A stretch of 64,000 nt of DNA from Thermodesulfobacteriota bacterium (GCA_965226585.1 OZ245366.1:320001-384000); one strand, 5' to 3'. Positions 9,014-19,468 are shown, counted from the stretch's first letter. Numbers and translations: made by a program. Notes: generated from the sequence alone by a model not told the origin.

Positions 9014-10153
9014 ATGAAAAAAGGAAACAGGAAAGAAAAGGCGGTTTTGATAATAGATTCAACTGAAGGCAATCCCGACCTTTTCCACTCTACCGGTGGT
9101 TTTTCAGTTCCCGACCCGGTTGTTTTTCTGAGGCACGGAGGCGAGTCCGTTCTTGTTCTGAGCGACCTTGAGCTTTCGCGCGGAAGGGAAAAAGCCGCCG
9201 TTTCCACTATTCTTCCTCTCTCACGCTACGCCCCGCGCCGCCGCGGGGGAGCGGGGCTTGCCGGTGTCGCCCTTGCGCTTCTGCGCGAAAGGAAGATAAA
9301 AAGCGTTGAGGTGCAGAGGAGTTTCCCGCTTGCTTTCGCGGACTTTTTAAGGGACAAGGGCGTCCGGGTTTCCTGCTCGAAAAACGCCGTTCTGTTCAGC
9401 GAAAGAACGGTAAAAACTCCGCGCGAAGTCGCTCTCATACGCAAGTCTCTCAAAGACACGGCGGCGGCAATGAAAACCGCCACAGCCCTTGTGTTCAGGG
9501 CAAAACCGGGCAAAAACGGAGTTCTGTTTTCTGGCGGAAAACTGCTTACTTCAGAGCGGATAAAAGGCGCGATAAACTCTCAACTTGCGGGCGCGGGATA
9601 TTCCGTTTCCGGAACCATAGCCGCCTGCGGAGAGCATTCTGCGATGCCCCACCATTCGGGCGAAGGTCCCGTTTTTGCAAACCTCCCGGTCGTTATTGAC
9701 ATCTTTCCCCGCTCTGCGGACGGATATTTCGGCGACATGACAAGGACTGTTGTAAACGGCGCTCCGTCTCCCGCGCTTTCCGCCATGTACAAAGCCGTTC
9801 TCAAAGCGCAGAAGCTGGCAATCAGCATGATAAAGCACGGCGTTAAAACCGCGCAAGTTCACGGCGCGGTCAGGGATTTGTTTGATTCCGAAGGGTTTCC
9901 GACTTCCGGGGGTGAGAAACCCGGCGGTTTCATACATTCCACCGGACACGGGCTTGGCGTGGGGCTTCACGAGCCGCCGTCCGTGGGTCCGGGGACAGAT
10001 GTTCTTCAAAAGGGCAATGTTGTTACCGTTGAGCCGGGGCTTTACTACGAAGGCGTGGGGGGAATACGCATAGAAGATGTTGTTCTTGTGACGGCGGGCG
10101 GATGCGAAAATCTCACGAGATGCCCGAAGGTGTTTTCCCGCCCGCACGGCTGA
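9014..10153 (+). CDS. Xaa-Pro aminopeptidase (M24 family)
   Basis: DIFP...GYFGDMTRT, HSTGHGLG..LHE.P, TVEPGLY, GIRIEDVV metal-ligand motifs. Confidence 0.92.
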   Translation: MKKGNRKEKAVLIIDSTEGNPDLFHSTGGFSVPDPVVFLRHGGESVLVLSDLELSRGREKAAVSTILPLSRYAPRRRGGAGLAGVALALLRERKIKSVEVQRSFPLAFADFLRDKGVRVSCSKNAVLFSERTVKTPREVALIRKSLKDTAAAMKTATALVFRAKPGKNGVLFSGGKLLTSERIKGAINSQLAGAGYSVSGTIAACGEHSAMPHHSGEGPVFANLPVVIDIFPRSADGYFGDMTRTVVNGAPSPALSAMYKAVLKAQKLAISMIKHGVKTAQVHGAVRDLFDSEGFPTSGGEKPGGFIHSTGHGLGVGLHEPPSVGPGTDVLQKGNVVTVEPGLYYEGVGGIRIEDVVLVTAGGCENLTRCPKVFSRPHG

Positions 10154-10154
10154 G

Positions 10155-11369
10155 TCAGTCCGCTTTTGTAAGCGCGCCCGCGAGTTTCCATCCATGCTCA
10201 AAAACCGTTCCCGCCCCGGCGGCGCACTTTTCAGAATAGACCGCCCCGCCCCGCCCCGCATTTTTGCGGGAATCGTATATGGCAAACGGCACGAGGTCTC
10301 TGGAATGTGTCTTCAAAGACAGAGGCGTGGGGTGATCTGAGGTTACAAGGGCGCGAAAATTGCCGAACCTTTTCATTCCCTCAAGCGCCGGTCCCGCAAC
10401 CCGGGAGTCAAAATCCTCAATCGCCCGCAGTTTCAAATCCGTTTCGCCCGTGTGTCCCGTCTCATCGGTTGACTCTATGTGTATCATCACAAGGTCGTTT
10501 TTCTCAAGCGCCTTCAGCGCGTATTCAACCTTTCCCTCATAGTTCGTGTCCAGATACCCGGTCGCGCCCGGCACGTTTATAACCTCCATGGCGGCGCAGT
10601 TTCCGATTCCCTTCACAAGGTCAACCGCGGAGATGACGGCTCCCTTCACGCCGTAAACTTCCTCAAAAGGTGGCAGAGACGGCGCGGTTCCCTCTCCCCA
10701 CAGCCAGATGTCTGTCACGGGGTTTTCGCCGTTCTTTATCCTCTCCCTGTTGACGGGGTGGTCTGCGAGCACTTCGCGCGCCTTTTCCATGAGTTCGTTG
10801 AAGAGGGCGGAGTTTTCGCCGCGCGGCACAAACCCGGAAACCTCCCTGCCCGTGATGTCGTGCGGCGGTGTGGAGGTTATCCCGCTCTCAGCGTTGTTTA
10901 TCACAATCAGATGCCTGTAACTCACTCCCGGAAAAAACTTCAGGTTTTTTGTCTCAAGTTTTGCGGCAAGCGTTTTGACTATCTCGTGTGCCTGCGGTGT
11001 CGGGATGTGCCCCGCGCTGTAATCTTCCATAAAGGTTCCGTCTTCGCCCCGCCTGAGGGTTACGAGGTTGCATCTGCAAGTAAGGTCTGTTTTTTTCAGA
11101 GCAATGCCCATCCCCGCCGCTTCAAGCGGAGACCTGCCCGTGTAATAGACCATAGGGTCGTAGCCCAGAACGCTCAGGTTGCCCACGTCGCTTCCGGGCG
11201 GAAGAGAGTCCGGAATCGGTTTTGCCATGCCGAACTCAACCGCTTCTTTTGCCAAGGCGTCAAGGGCGGGAGTTGCCACCGCTTCAAGAGGGGTTTTGCC
11301 GCCAAGTTCGTCAAGGGGTCTGTCCGGCATTCCGTCTCCCTGAAGAATCAGATATTTCAAAGAAGTCAC
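10155..11369 (-). CDS. apgM: cofactor-independent phosphoglycerate mutase, ApgM type
   Basis: GDGMPD, PGSDVGNLSVLGYDP, TGRSPLEA, DE.GH.G, TSDHPTP motifs. Confidence 0.9.
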   Translation of the reverse strand: MTSLKYLILQGDGMPDRPLDELGGKTPLEAVATPALDALAKEAVEFGMAKPIPDSLPPGSDVGNLSVLGYDPMVYYTGRSPLEAAGMGIALKKTDLTCRCNLVTLRRGEDGTFMEDYSAGHIPTPQAHEIVKTLAAKLETKNLKFFPGVSYRHLIVINNAESGITSTPPHDITGREVSGFVPRGENSALFNELMEKAREVLADHPVNRERIKNGENPVTDIWLWGEGTAPSLPPFEEVYGVKGAVISAVDLVKGIGNCAAMEVINVPGATGYLDTNYEGKVEYALKALEKNDLVMIHIESTDETGHTGETDLKLRAIEDFDSRVAGPALEGMKRFGNFRALVTSDHPTPLSLKTHSRDLVPFAIYDSRKNAGRGGAVYSEKCAAGAGTVFEHGWKLAGALTKAD

Positions 11370-12344
11370 CTAAACGCGAAGTTCCCGCTCCGGAGCGTCC
11401 TGTTTGGAGTCCAGTTTCAGAACCTGTTTTTCGGCGTGATAGGAGCTGCGAACAAGGGGTCCCGACTCAACGTGCGGAATTCCCACTATCTTTTCGCCGT
11501 AATCTTTTAGTGATTCAAACTCAACCGGGTGGTAGAAGCGCGAAACGGGAATGTGGTCATGCGAGGGTTGCAGATATTGCCCTATGGTAACTATGTCGCA
11601 TCCCGCTCGGTGAAGGTCTTTCAGCGTACCGGTAACCTCTTCAAACGTCTCTCCCAGCCCCACCATTATTCCGGACTTTGTAAGCATTGCGCTTCCGCCT
11701 TGCTCAGCCGCTGTTTCAAGCAGTTTGAGCGAACGCCCGTAAACCGCCTGCGGGCGAACGGCGCGGAGTTTTCCGGACTGCGTTTTCTGCTGAAGGCCGT
11801 ACAGACGCGGCACGGTTTCGATGTTGTGATTGAGAACATCAGGTTTCTGCCCGAGAACCATCAGTAGGGCTTCGCGGCTGCCCTTGAAGTCCGGAATCAG
11901 GCACTCTATTTTCACTTCCGGGGCGGCGTTTCTTATCTCCTTCACCGTCATCGCGAAGATTTCCGCGCTCTCAAGGTTTCTATCGTCTCTGTTGACGGAG
12001 GTTACAACTATGTGGGAGATGAGCGAGTTGTGGGCGGTCAGGTTTTTCACGGCATCCGCGATTTTTGCCGGTTCGTTCCAGTCGAGTTCACCGCCGCTGC
12101 CGGTTTTCACGTGGCAGAAACCGCAACTCCTTGTGCAGGTATCGCCCATTATCATGAAGGTGAGAGTTCCCGCGCCCCAGCATTCGCCTATGTTCGGACA
12201 GCGGGCTTCCTCGCAAACGGTGTGAAGACCCAGCCCCCGCACAAGCCCTTTAAGGCGGTTGTAGTTTTCACCTGAAGGTATGGAGGCTTTTATCCACGAA
12301 GGCTTTGAAGATTTGGAGATTTTTGACGCTTTCATGGCGCTCAT
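11370..12344 (-). CDS. lipA: lipoyl synthase (start may be 12335)
   Basis: CEEARCPNIGEC, CTRSCGFC radical-SAM motif, GQYLQP, GPLVRSSYHA. Confidence 0.97.
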   Translation of the reverse strand: MSAMKASKISKSSKPSWIKASIPSGENYNRLKGLVRGLGLHTVCEEARCPNIGECWGAGTLTFMIMGDTCTRSCGFCHVKTGSGGELDWNEPAKIADAVKNLTAHNSLISHIVVTSVNRDDRNLESAEIFAMTVKEIRNAAPEVKIECLIPDFKGSREALLMVLGQKPDVLNHNIETVPRLYGLQQKTQSGKLRAVRPQAVYGRSLKLLETAAEQGGSAMLTKSGIMVGLGETFEEVTGTLKDLHRAGCDIVTIGQYLQPSHDHIPVSRFYHPVEFESLKDYGEKIVGIPHVESGPLVRSSYHAEKQVLKLDSKQDAPERELRV

Positions 12345-12356
12345 CTTTAGAGTTGT

Positions 12357-12662
12357 CTATTCGTCTTCCGTGTTGTTTTTTCCGCCGCGCCCCGCTTCCC
12401 TTTCAAGTTTTCTTATCTTTCTGTTCTTGCCCGCCAACTCTATCCAGTTGAGAGACGAGTAAATCAGGGTGAACGCCATTCCCAGCAGAAAAGCCACCCC
12501 GAGCGCCGCGCCTCCGGTTGTGTATACATCGCCTATTTCATAAAAGGGAACCTTCAGGAAACTGACGACAAGTTCCGTTTTCATCCACTCTGTATTGCCA
12601 AAATAGACAATCGCTCCCGCAATAACAAATATGAGTGTCGCAAGCAGTTTTACGTATTTCAT
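12357..12662 (-). CDS. small membrane protein, LapA (DUF1049)-like
   Basis: Two TM segments then a basic coiled tail (RKIRKLERE); position after rpsA-sppA fits lapA; RBS AGGAG. Confidence 0.55.
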   Translation of the reverse strand: MKYVKLLATLIFVIAGAIVYFGNTEWMKTELVVSFLKVPFYEIGDVYTTGGAALGVAFLLGMAFTLIYSSLNWIELAGKNRKIRKLEREAGRGGKNNTEDE

Positions 12663-12716
12663 AATCTCTCCTTCCGCTCCGGGTCTTCAACTAACATACA
12701 GGAATTTGACACTTAA

Positions 12717-13613
12717 TTAAAAGATTTTCCCACCGCCAAATTTCTCAGACAGATAGTAGATCCCAGAACCGCGCAACACGGATGACGGAAAATGCCTGTC
12801 AATCAAGCCGCCGGCACGCCCCGACAGCAAAAATTCGGTCAAACTGAACTTCCGTTCGGGAAACGTTACCACAGGCGAATTTGCCGGTATTTCCGCCATT
12901 TGCGCGGCGGCTTCAATCGCATTCAAAAGCGTTCCCGTCTCATCAACAAGCCCGGACTCTTTCGCCTGCAGTCCGAGAAGCAGTCTTCCGTCTGAAATGT
13001 TTTTAAGGGTGTCAGGGTCTATTTTTCTGCTCTGCGAAACCGCTTCCTGAAACTGCCCGAGAGCGTCGTCCATAACTTTCTGAAGATATTCGCGCTCGCT
13101 CCCGGTGAGAGCGCGCAGAGGTGTTCCGGTGTCTTTAAGGTCGCCCGTTTTTATAACTTCAAAATCAACCTTTGCCCAGTTCAGAAGTTCTTTGTAGTTT
13201 GCGAAAGTTGCTATAACTCCGATGCTTCCGGTAAGGGTTCCGGGGTTTGCGAATATGGTTTGCGCCCCGCACGCGATGTAGTATCCTCCCGAAGCGGCAA
13301 CATTTCCCATGCTTGCGACCACGGGCATTTTTTCGCTCAGACGCTTTACGAGGGAATATATTTCCTGAGACGCGGCAACGCTTCCGCCGGGAGAGTCAAT
13401 CCGCACAACAAGCGCCTTGAAAGAGCCGTTTCTCTCTATTTCGCGCACGGCTTCGGTGTAGCCCCCGGACGACAGGACAATGCCCTCAATGTTCAGAATG
13501 GCAATTTTGCCCCGCCTGTCTTCAGCAAAAACTGAAATCAGTCCCAGCAGAATAATCGCCGCGACTATGTAGCGGAACCTCAGAAGTGAGAAAAATCTAC
13601 TTATCGTTTTCAT
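12717..13613 (-). CDS. sppA: signal peptide peptidase SppA (36K type)
   Basis: RIDSPGGSV, SMGNVAASGGYY, TGSIGV, KTG..KD motifs; N-terminal TM. Confidence 0.93.
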   Translation of the reverse strand: MKTISRFFSLLRFRYIVAAIILLGLISVFAEDRRGKIAILNIEGIVLSSGGYTEAVREIERNGSFKALVVRIDSPGGSVAASQEIYSLVKRLSEKMPVVASMGNVAASGGYYIACGAQTIFANPGTLTGSIGVIATFANYKELLNWAKVDFEVIKTGDLKDTGTPLRALTGSEREYLQKVMDDALGQFQEAVSQSRKIDPDTLKNISDGRLLLGLQAKESGLVDETGTLLNAIEAAAQMAEIPANSPVVTFPERKFSLTEFLLSGRAGGLIDRHFPSSVLRGSGIYYLSEKFGGGKIF

Positions 13614-15072
13614 CAGAGCCCATCTGCCCGGACATCAGGTCGCCCAGTTTCGGCGCATCTCCCTCTCCGTGCGTGGAGTTGAACTCTTTCAGTATTTCTC
13701 TTTCGTTTTTCTTGTGCAGCATCACGGAGCTCAAACTGACCGAGCGTGCCTCATTGTCCACATTTTTCACAACGCCCTTAATCTCCATTCCCGCCTTGTA
13801 GTGTTCCGAGCCGTCAGAGTCCGCTATGTCTGAGAAGCGGATAAAACCCTCAATATCGTCATCAAGTTCAAGAATCAGACCGCCTCTTGACTCTTTTTTG
13901 ACCCTTCCGGTAACAACGGTTTCCCCCCTTTTAAGTTTTTTGACGGCGGTTTTCCAGGGGTCTTTCTGAAGCTGTTTGACCCCGAGAGACATCTTTTCCC
14001 TCGCAGGGTCGCATTTGAGCATCACGACCTCAATCTGCTCTCCCTTTTTGGAACCGTAAACCTCAAGCGGGTCGGGCGCTTCCTTCCAGCTTATGTTGTC
14101 GGGGTGGAGAAGCCCCACAACGTCGCGCGCGACCTCAACAAAAACTCCCGCCTTGTTCACGTTTTTTATCTTTCCCTTCAGGCGCGAGTTTTGCGGGGTT
14201 TTTTCCGCGAACTCCTGCCATGGTGTCGGCTGTGTCTGTTTGTAGCTCAACCCGATTCTGCCGCTTTCGCTGTCCAGATTGATAATTTTTACCTTTATCT
14301 CCTGCCCGGGTTTCAAAACATCTGCGGGTGTTTTCACTCTCCGCCATGCCACTTCGCTTATCGGCATGAACCCTTCCACAACGCCGCTGCCGTCCGTCAA
14401 ATCCACAAAAGCGCCCGAATCTATGGTGTTTGAAACAACGCCCTTTATCTCCATTCCCACATCCACGCTCTTTATGAACCCGGCAACCTGCTCCGCCTTG
14501 AGTTTTTCAAGAACCCGTTTTCTGGAAAGAACAACCCTTCTGCCGTCCAGCTCAATTATGAGGGCGTCAAAACTGCTTCCGATTATCTTGTCCGCATTTT
14601 GCCGCGCGTTTCTCATTTGAACCTCGGATGACGGCATAAACGCCTTGATTTCCGACCCTTCCGTTATGCACTCAACGCCGCCCTTTATTCTCTTTGCCGC
14701 CGTCACGCGCACGGTTTCGCCGCTTTCAAATATCTCTTTCAGCCGTTTTATGTTTTTGATGGCATCCGCTTCGGATTTGGAGATTCTCGGCAGTCCTCTG
14801 CCCGCGCTTTTTACCAGAACCTCAACCTTCTGCCCCTCAGACACTTCATATGCTCCCGTCTCGTCAAGAAACTCTTTCAGAGGAACAATTCCCTCAGACC
14901 TCAGGCCTATGTTCACGAAAACGTTTTCCTGCTCGACCCGCACAACGGTTCCGTCCACGACCTTGCCCACTATGTTTTCTTTGTCGTTCCGAAACCCGCT
15001 TTCGTCAAGAAGACGGGAAAAATCCTGGGAGTCGCCGCCCAGTTCAGTCGGCTTGTTTGCGAAATCACTCAT
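13597..15072 (-). CDS. rpsA: 30S ribosomal protein S1 (about five S1 repeats)
   Basis: Repeated S1/OB motifs (G.V..V..., GAFVDL, GVFVEV, I.L.YKQ..P.PW); directly downstream of cmk. Confidence 0.88.
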   Translation of the reverse strand: MSDFANKPTELGGDSQDFSRLLDESGFRNDKENIVGKVVDGTVVRVEQENVFVNIGLRSEGIVPLKEFLDETGAYEVSEGQKVEVLVKSAGRGLPRISKSEADAIKNIKRLKEIFESGETVRVTAAKRIKGGVECITEGSEIKAFMPSSEVQMRNARQNADKIIGSSFDALIIELDGRRVVLSRKRVLEKLKAEQVAGFIKSVDVGMEIKGVVSNTIDSGAFVDLTDGSGVVEGFMPISEVAWRRVKTPADVLKPGQEIKVKIINLDSESGRIGLSYKQTQPTPWQEFAEKTPQNSRLKGKIKNVNKAGVFVEVARDVVGLLHPDNISWKEAPDPLEVYGSKKGEQIEVVMLKCDPAREKMSLGVKQLQKDPWKTAVKKLKRGETVVTGRVKKESRGGLILELDDDIEGFIRFSDIADSDGSEHYKAGMEIKGVVKNVDNEARSVSLSSVMLHKKNEREILKEFNSTHGEGDAPKLGDLMSGQMGSDENDK

Positions 15073-15734
15073 GCAACACGGTTGAGAATTATCTCAACAA
15101 CCTCATCCACACCCAAACGGGTTGTGTCTATTATCACAGCATCATCCGCAGGTTTCAAGGGCGACAGCTTTCTGCGGGCGTCTCTTTCGTCTCTCACGCA
15201 CATCTCCTCAACGGTGTCTTCAAAGGTCTGTGAGCCGCCGGATTCTTTGATTTCCGAGTTTCTTCTCCGCGCCCTTTCTTCGGGGTTTGCGGTTAGAAAG
15301 AACTTGTAATCGGCGTCATAAAAAACCCTTGTTCCCATGTCCCTTCCTTCCGCCACTATGCTCGTGTTCCGCCCGTGGGCGCGCTGGATGCGCCCGAGCA
15401 CGTCTCTCACGCTTCCTATTTCAGAAAATCTGGACGCGCTTTCAGATATTTCCGGAGTCCTTATCATCCCGCTCACGTCCCGCCCGTTCAGCATCACCGA
15501 ATAGCCGCCGGGATTGTTCAGAAATGATATTTCCGCATCTTTCAGCAGGGCGTCCACTTTTTCCCCGTCTTCAGGGCTGACGCCTCTGCCGTCCGCAAAC
15601 AGCGCGAAAGCCCTGTATGTCGCGCCCGTGTCCAGATAGTCCGCCCCGAGGCGGCGCGCCACCTCTCTTGCGACCGTTCCCTTGCCCGAAGCACTTGGGC
15701 CGTCAATTGCTATGACTTTTCTTTCTCCGTTCAT
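15069..15734 (-). CDS. cmk: cytidylate kinase
   Basis: IAIDGPSASGKGT, YLDTGATYR, EGRDMGT.VF, RD.RD..R..SPL. Confidence 0.96.
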   Translation of the reverse strand: MNGERKVIAIDGPSASGKGTVAREVARRLGADYLDTGATYRAFALFADGRGVSPEDGEKVDALLKDAEISFLNNPGGYSVMLNGRDVSGMIRTPEISESASRFSEIGSVRDVLGRIQRAHGRNTSIVAEGRDMGTRVFYDADYKFFLTANPEERARRRNSEIKESGGSQTFEDTVEEMCVRDERDARRKLSPLKPADDAVIIDTTRLGVDEVVEIILNRVA

Positions 15735-17026
15735 TTTCCGCTCCTCAGCTTTTCAAGAAACTCAAAAAATCCCCTGAACGAAACCGCCGCGCAATCCGCG
15801 CCCTCAATCGCGCTGTTTCCCTCAGCGCCGCTTGCCGCCACCGCAAGCGCCATCGCGACCCTGTGGTCTCCCGCGCTTGAGCAGACACCCGCTTTCAAAG
15901 CGCAGCCGTCAATTCTCATTCCGTCTTCAAAATCCTCAACCTTCGCCCCGAGGTTTCTCAAACCCTGTGTCATCGCCTCTATTCTGTCGCTCTCTTTCAC
16001 CCTCAACTCCGCCGCCCCCGATATTTTTGTGGTTCCCCGCGCGAAGCAAGCGACCGCCGCCACTGCGGGCAGTTCGTCTATCGCCCTCGCTATGACGCCG
16101 CCGGTTATCTCAATCCCCTCAAGTTTGCCCGCGCCGCTCGCCGCTATGTCTGCCACCCGCTCCCCGCCGGAATCCCTTTCGTTCAAAAGCCGTATGTCCG
16201 CGCCCATTTGTTTCAAAATTTCAATTCCCCCCGTCCGCTCGGGGTTCACGCCCACGTTTTCTATGACGACTTCCGAGCCCGGATTCACAGCCGCCGCCGC
16301 CACCGGAAAAATGGCGGATGATATGTCTGCGGGCACATCCACTTCCGCTCCGGCGAGGTCTTTCAGCGAGCCGCCTTCAAGCGTTACCTCTTTTCCCGCG
16401 CTTTCCACCCGCGCTCCGAAACGCCTCAACATTATCTCCGTGTGGTCTCTTGTTTTGACCGGCTCCACCACTTGCGTCTGTTCGTCCGCGAAAAGCCCGG
16501 CAAGCAAAATCGCGGATTTTACCTGCGCGCTTGCCACGGGTGTTTCGTACCGTATCGCGGAAACCTCGCCGCCATCAATCAGCACCGGAAGCCGTCCGCC
16601 GTCAGCGGATATGCGCGCGCCCATAAGAGAGAGCGGTTTTATCACCCGCTCCATTGGTCTTTTTACGAGGTAGCGGTCTCCGGTCAGAGCGGATTTGAAC
16701 GGCTGGGCGCAGAGAATGCCTGTGAGAAGCCGCGCCGTTGTTCCGGAGTTTCCGCAGTCAACAACACCTGACGGAGGAGACAGTTTTTCCGCTCTCGCCG
16801 TTGTTTTTCCCGCGGAAGTTTCTATGCTCGCCCCCAGAAGCCTTAAAGCGTTTTTTGTGGAGCGAACGTCTTCGCTGTCAAGAAGGTTTGAGATATCCGC
16901 CCCTTCTTTTGAGAGGCATCCGATTATGAGAGCCCTGTGAGATATGGATTTGTCGCCCGGAACCGTAACGCACCCCCGCGCCGGGCGTCCTTTGCCTGCA
17001 AGGGTGATGGTTGTTTGAGATGACAC
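15731..17026 (-). CDS. aroA: 3-phosphoshikimate 1-carboxyvinyltransferase (class II)
   Basis: PGDKSISHRA, CGNSGTT.RL, ASAQVKSA, RDHTE, ELRVKESDR, DHRVAM. Confidence 0.97.
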   Translation of the reverse strand: MSSQTTITLAGKGRPARGCVTVPGDKSISHRALIIGCLSKEGADISNLLDSEDVRSTKNALRLLGASIETSAGKTTARAEKLSPPSGVVDCGNSGTTARLLTGILCAQPFKSALTGDRYLVKRPMERVIKPLSLMGARISADGGRLPVLIDGGEVSAIRYETPVASAQVKSAILLAGLFADEQTQVVEPVKTRDHTEIMLRRFGARVESAGKEVTLEGGSLKDLAGAEVDVPADISSAIFPVAAAAVNPGSEVVIENVGVNPERTGGIEILKQMGADIRLLNERDSGGERVADIAASGAGKLEGIEITGGVIARAIDELPAVAAVACFARGTTKISGAAELRVKESDRIEAMTQGLRNLGAKVEDFEDGMRIDGCALKAGVCSSAGDHRVAMALAVAASGAEGNSAIEGADCAAVSFRGFFEFLEKLRSGK

Positions 17027-17043
17027 TTTCTTCCGGCGCGCGC

Positions 17044-17475
17044 CTAAGGGGTGATTATCGTTCCCCCGCTTTTCTCTCCTTCCCCGCCCCCTGGAGCCTG
17101 CTTTTTGGCGCGGGATTCAATCAGGGAGAGAAGACGCTCCTTGAAGTTCTCCTCGTAGTCGCAGATAGACGGCACTATGTATCCCATAAGGGCTATCTGC
17201 AGAAGGTATTCGGTGTTGGCAATTATCTGCTCCTGCTGAGCCTTTTCCCCGTACTGTTTTGAAAGCCCCGTGAATATGTGCTGTCCCAACTCGCTGAGAA
17301 TCTGCGCTATGCTCTTTGTTCCCTTCGCCTGCTGATTGGCGGAAACGCCGAGGTTAAAAGCCATGGTTATTGATGCGGCAAGGTCGTTTTCCATTCCGCC
17401 TTCAGGTGTTTTTGCGTCTGCGCCGTTCTCTGCGCCATCCGGTGCGGGGGGTTCTCTTTTTTCAGAATCACTCAT
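17044..17475 (-). CDS. hypothetical protein
   Basis: 143-aa ORF co-oriented 17 bp upstream of aroA, with a promoter-like sequence just upstream; no family recognised. Confidence 0.65.
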   Translation of the reverse strand: MSDSEKREPPAPDGAENGADAKTPEGGMENDLAASITMAFNLGVSANQQAKGTKSIAQILSELGQHIFTGLSKQYGEKAQQEQIIANTEYLLQIALMGYIVPSICDYEENFKERLLSLIESRAKKQAPGGGEGEKSGGTIITP

Positions 17476-17535
17476 TTGCGGTTATCCTAACACGGAGGCT
17501 CAGTCCTGTAAATTGCGGCTGAGGCGCGTGCCCGT

Positions 17536-18033
17536 TTGAATTCCTCTCAACTTATCAAAAAACTCGGTCTGAAACCGCTTGAGCCCGAAGGCGGACTTTA
17601 CAGGGAAACCTACGTGAGTTCCGAAACTTTTCCGCCCGGCAGTCTTCCCGGCCGCTACGGGGGAGACAGGAAATTTTCTTCGGCAATCTACTACCTTCTT
17701 GAAAAGGGCGGCGTTTCGGCAATGCACCGGCTTGTGTCGGATGAGGTTTATCACTTTTACTCAGGCGACCCCGTTCAGCTTCTCACTTTGTCTTCCTCAG
17801 GGGCGGGGCTGATATTTCTCGGAACCGACATAATGTCGGGTCAGCATCCTCAGGTGGTGGTTCCGGCGGGAGTGTGGCAGGGGATGAAACTGGTGGACGG
17901 CGGCGAGTTCGCCCTTATGGGAACAACCGTGTCTCCCGCTTACACGCAAGAGGATTTTGAAGCGGGAGACACGGAGGAGTTGTCAAAACAGTTTCCGTCC
18001 CACGCCGAACTTATCAAAACGCTTTCACGCTAA
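17536..18033 (+). CDS. cupin superfamily protein (DUF985/Cupin_5)
   Basis: L.P.EPEGG.YRETY, SAIYYLL, HRL.SDEVYHFY.GDP, PQVVVPAGVWQ, TVSP...DF. Confidence 0.9.
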   Translation: MNSSQLIKKLGLKPLEPEGGLYRETYVSSETFPPGSLPGRYGGDRKFSSAIYYLLEKGGVSAMHRLVSDEVYHFYSGDPVQLLTLSSSGAGLIFLGTDIMSGQHPQVVVPAGVWQGMKLVDGGEFALMGTTVSPAYTQEDFEAGDTEELSKQFPSHAELIKTLSR

Positions 18034-18115
18034 CGCCCGTTTTTTGACAACGCGGATTTTTGAAGTTAGAAGTTAGGCATTCCCGCCGCCGGCGGGAAGA
18101 GGTGGGTTTTTTGCG

Positions 18116-19468
18116 ATGAGTGATTCCAAGGTTCCAACGAGCGCGGATTCGGAGAGAGCCGTTCTGGGAGCGGTAATAATTGACAATTCGTGCATAAACG
18201 AAGTCCTCTCCATACTGAAGCCGGACGACTTCTACTTCAGAGATAACAAAACGATTTTTGAAACCATGGTTGCCATGGACAAAGAGGAAAAGCCGATAGA
18301 CGTGCTTACTCTTTCCGAGCAGATAAACATGGCGGGACAGAACTCTCTCGCTGAAGTGGGCGGAAGCCACTACATCACTTCTCTCGCGGAATTGGTTACC
18401 ACCTCTTCAAACGTGGCGCAATACGCGCGCTACGTGAAAGACACCGCCGCTTTGAGGCAGATAATTGATACGGGGGGTGAAATAGTTCGCGGCGGTAGTG
18501 AGGGAATGAGCCCTGAAGACCTTCTGGAACGCTCCGAGGAAAACCTCATGAAGATAGCCGGGGAGAGGGCGAAATCCGCTTTTGCCCATCCACACAAACT
18601 TGCCGCGCAGACCCTCAAGCACATAGAAGAGGCGCAGAAGAAAAAACAGGCGATTACCGGGCTTTCAACCGGCTTCAGAAGAATAGACGAACTCACCTCC
18701 GGCCTACAGCCTGGAGACCTCATAGTTGTGGCGGCGCGTCCCAGTCTCGGAAAAACATCTTTCAGTCTTAACATAGCCGAGCACGCAGGCGCGGTGGGCG
18801 GAAAAACCGTGGCGATTTTTTCCCTTGAGATGACGGAAATGGTGCTTGCGCTGAGATTGTTCTCGATGATGTCTGAGGTCAGTTTTTCAGACATCAGGGG
18901 CGGACACATGAAAGACAGGGATGTTTCCAGGATAGAGAAGGCATCGGAAAGTTTCGGAAACTCCCGCATTCTGATAGATGACGGCGCGGGGCAAACGGCT
19001 CTTGAAATTCGCGCGAAATGCAGACGGCTTAAAAAAGACAAAGGGCTTGACCTTGTCATTGTTGACTACCTTCAGCTTATGAGGGGAGACCAGAGGGAGC
19101 AGAACAGGGAGAGGGAGATTGCGAGTATATCGTCATCTCTCAAGGCGCTTGCCAAAGAATTGAATGTGCCCGTGATAGCGGTTTCCCAGCTCAGCCGCCA
19201 GACCGAAGTCCGCACCGACCGCCGCCCTCAGCTTTCGGATTTGAGAGAGAGCGGAGCGATAGAGCAGGACGCCGATGTGGTTATGTTCATACACCGTCCC
19301 GATTTCTACAAAAAAGATGACGAGCAAAGAGACGGCGTGGCGGAGGTGATTATCGGAAAGCAGAGAAACGGACCCCTCGGGGTTGCCAAACTGTCATTTC
19401 TTGAAAGCAAGGGAGTGCCGGGATTTGCCGAGTATTCCGATGAGTATGAAGATATTTACGGCGGTTAA
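18116..19468 (+). CDS. dnaB: replicative DNA helicase
   Basis: AARPSLGKT, FSLEM, IVDYLQL, SQLSR, DLRESGAIEQDAD, KQRNGP. Confidence 0.97.
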   Translation: MSDSKVPTSADSERAVLGAVIIDNSCINEVLSILKPDDFYFRDNKTIFETMVAMDKEEKPIDVLTLSEQINMAGQNSLAEVGGSHYITSLAELVTTSSNVAQYARYVKDTAALRQIIDTGGEIVRGGSEGMSPEDLLERSEENLMKIAGERAKSAFAHPHKLAAQTLKHIEEAQKKKQAITGLSTGFRRIDELTSGLQPGDLIVVAARPSLGKTSFSLNIAEHAGAVGGKTVAIFSLEMTEMVLALRLFSMMSEVSFSDIRGGHMKDRDVSRIEKASESFGNSRILIDDGAGQTALEIRAKCRRLKKDKGLDLVIVDYLQLMRGDQREQNREREIASISSSLKALAKELNVPVIAVSQLSRQTEVRTDRRPQLSDLRESGAIEQDADVVMFIHRPDFYKKDDEQRDGVAEVIIGKQRNGPLGVAKLSFLESKGVPGFAEYSDEYEDIYGG

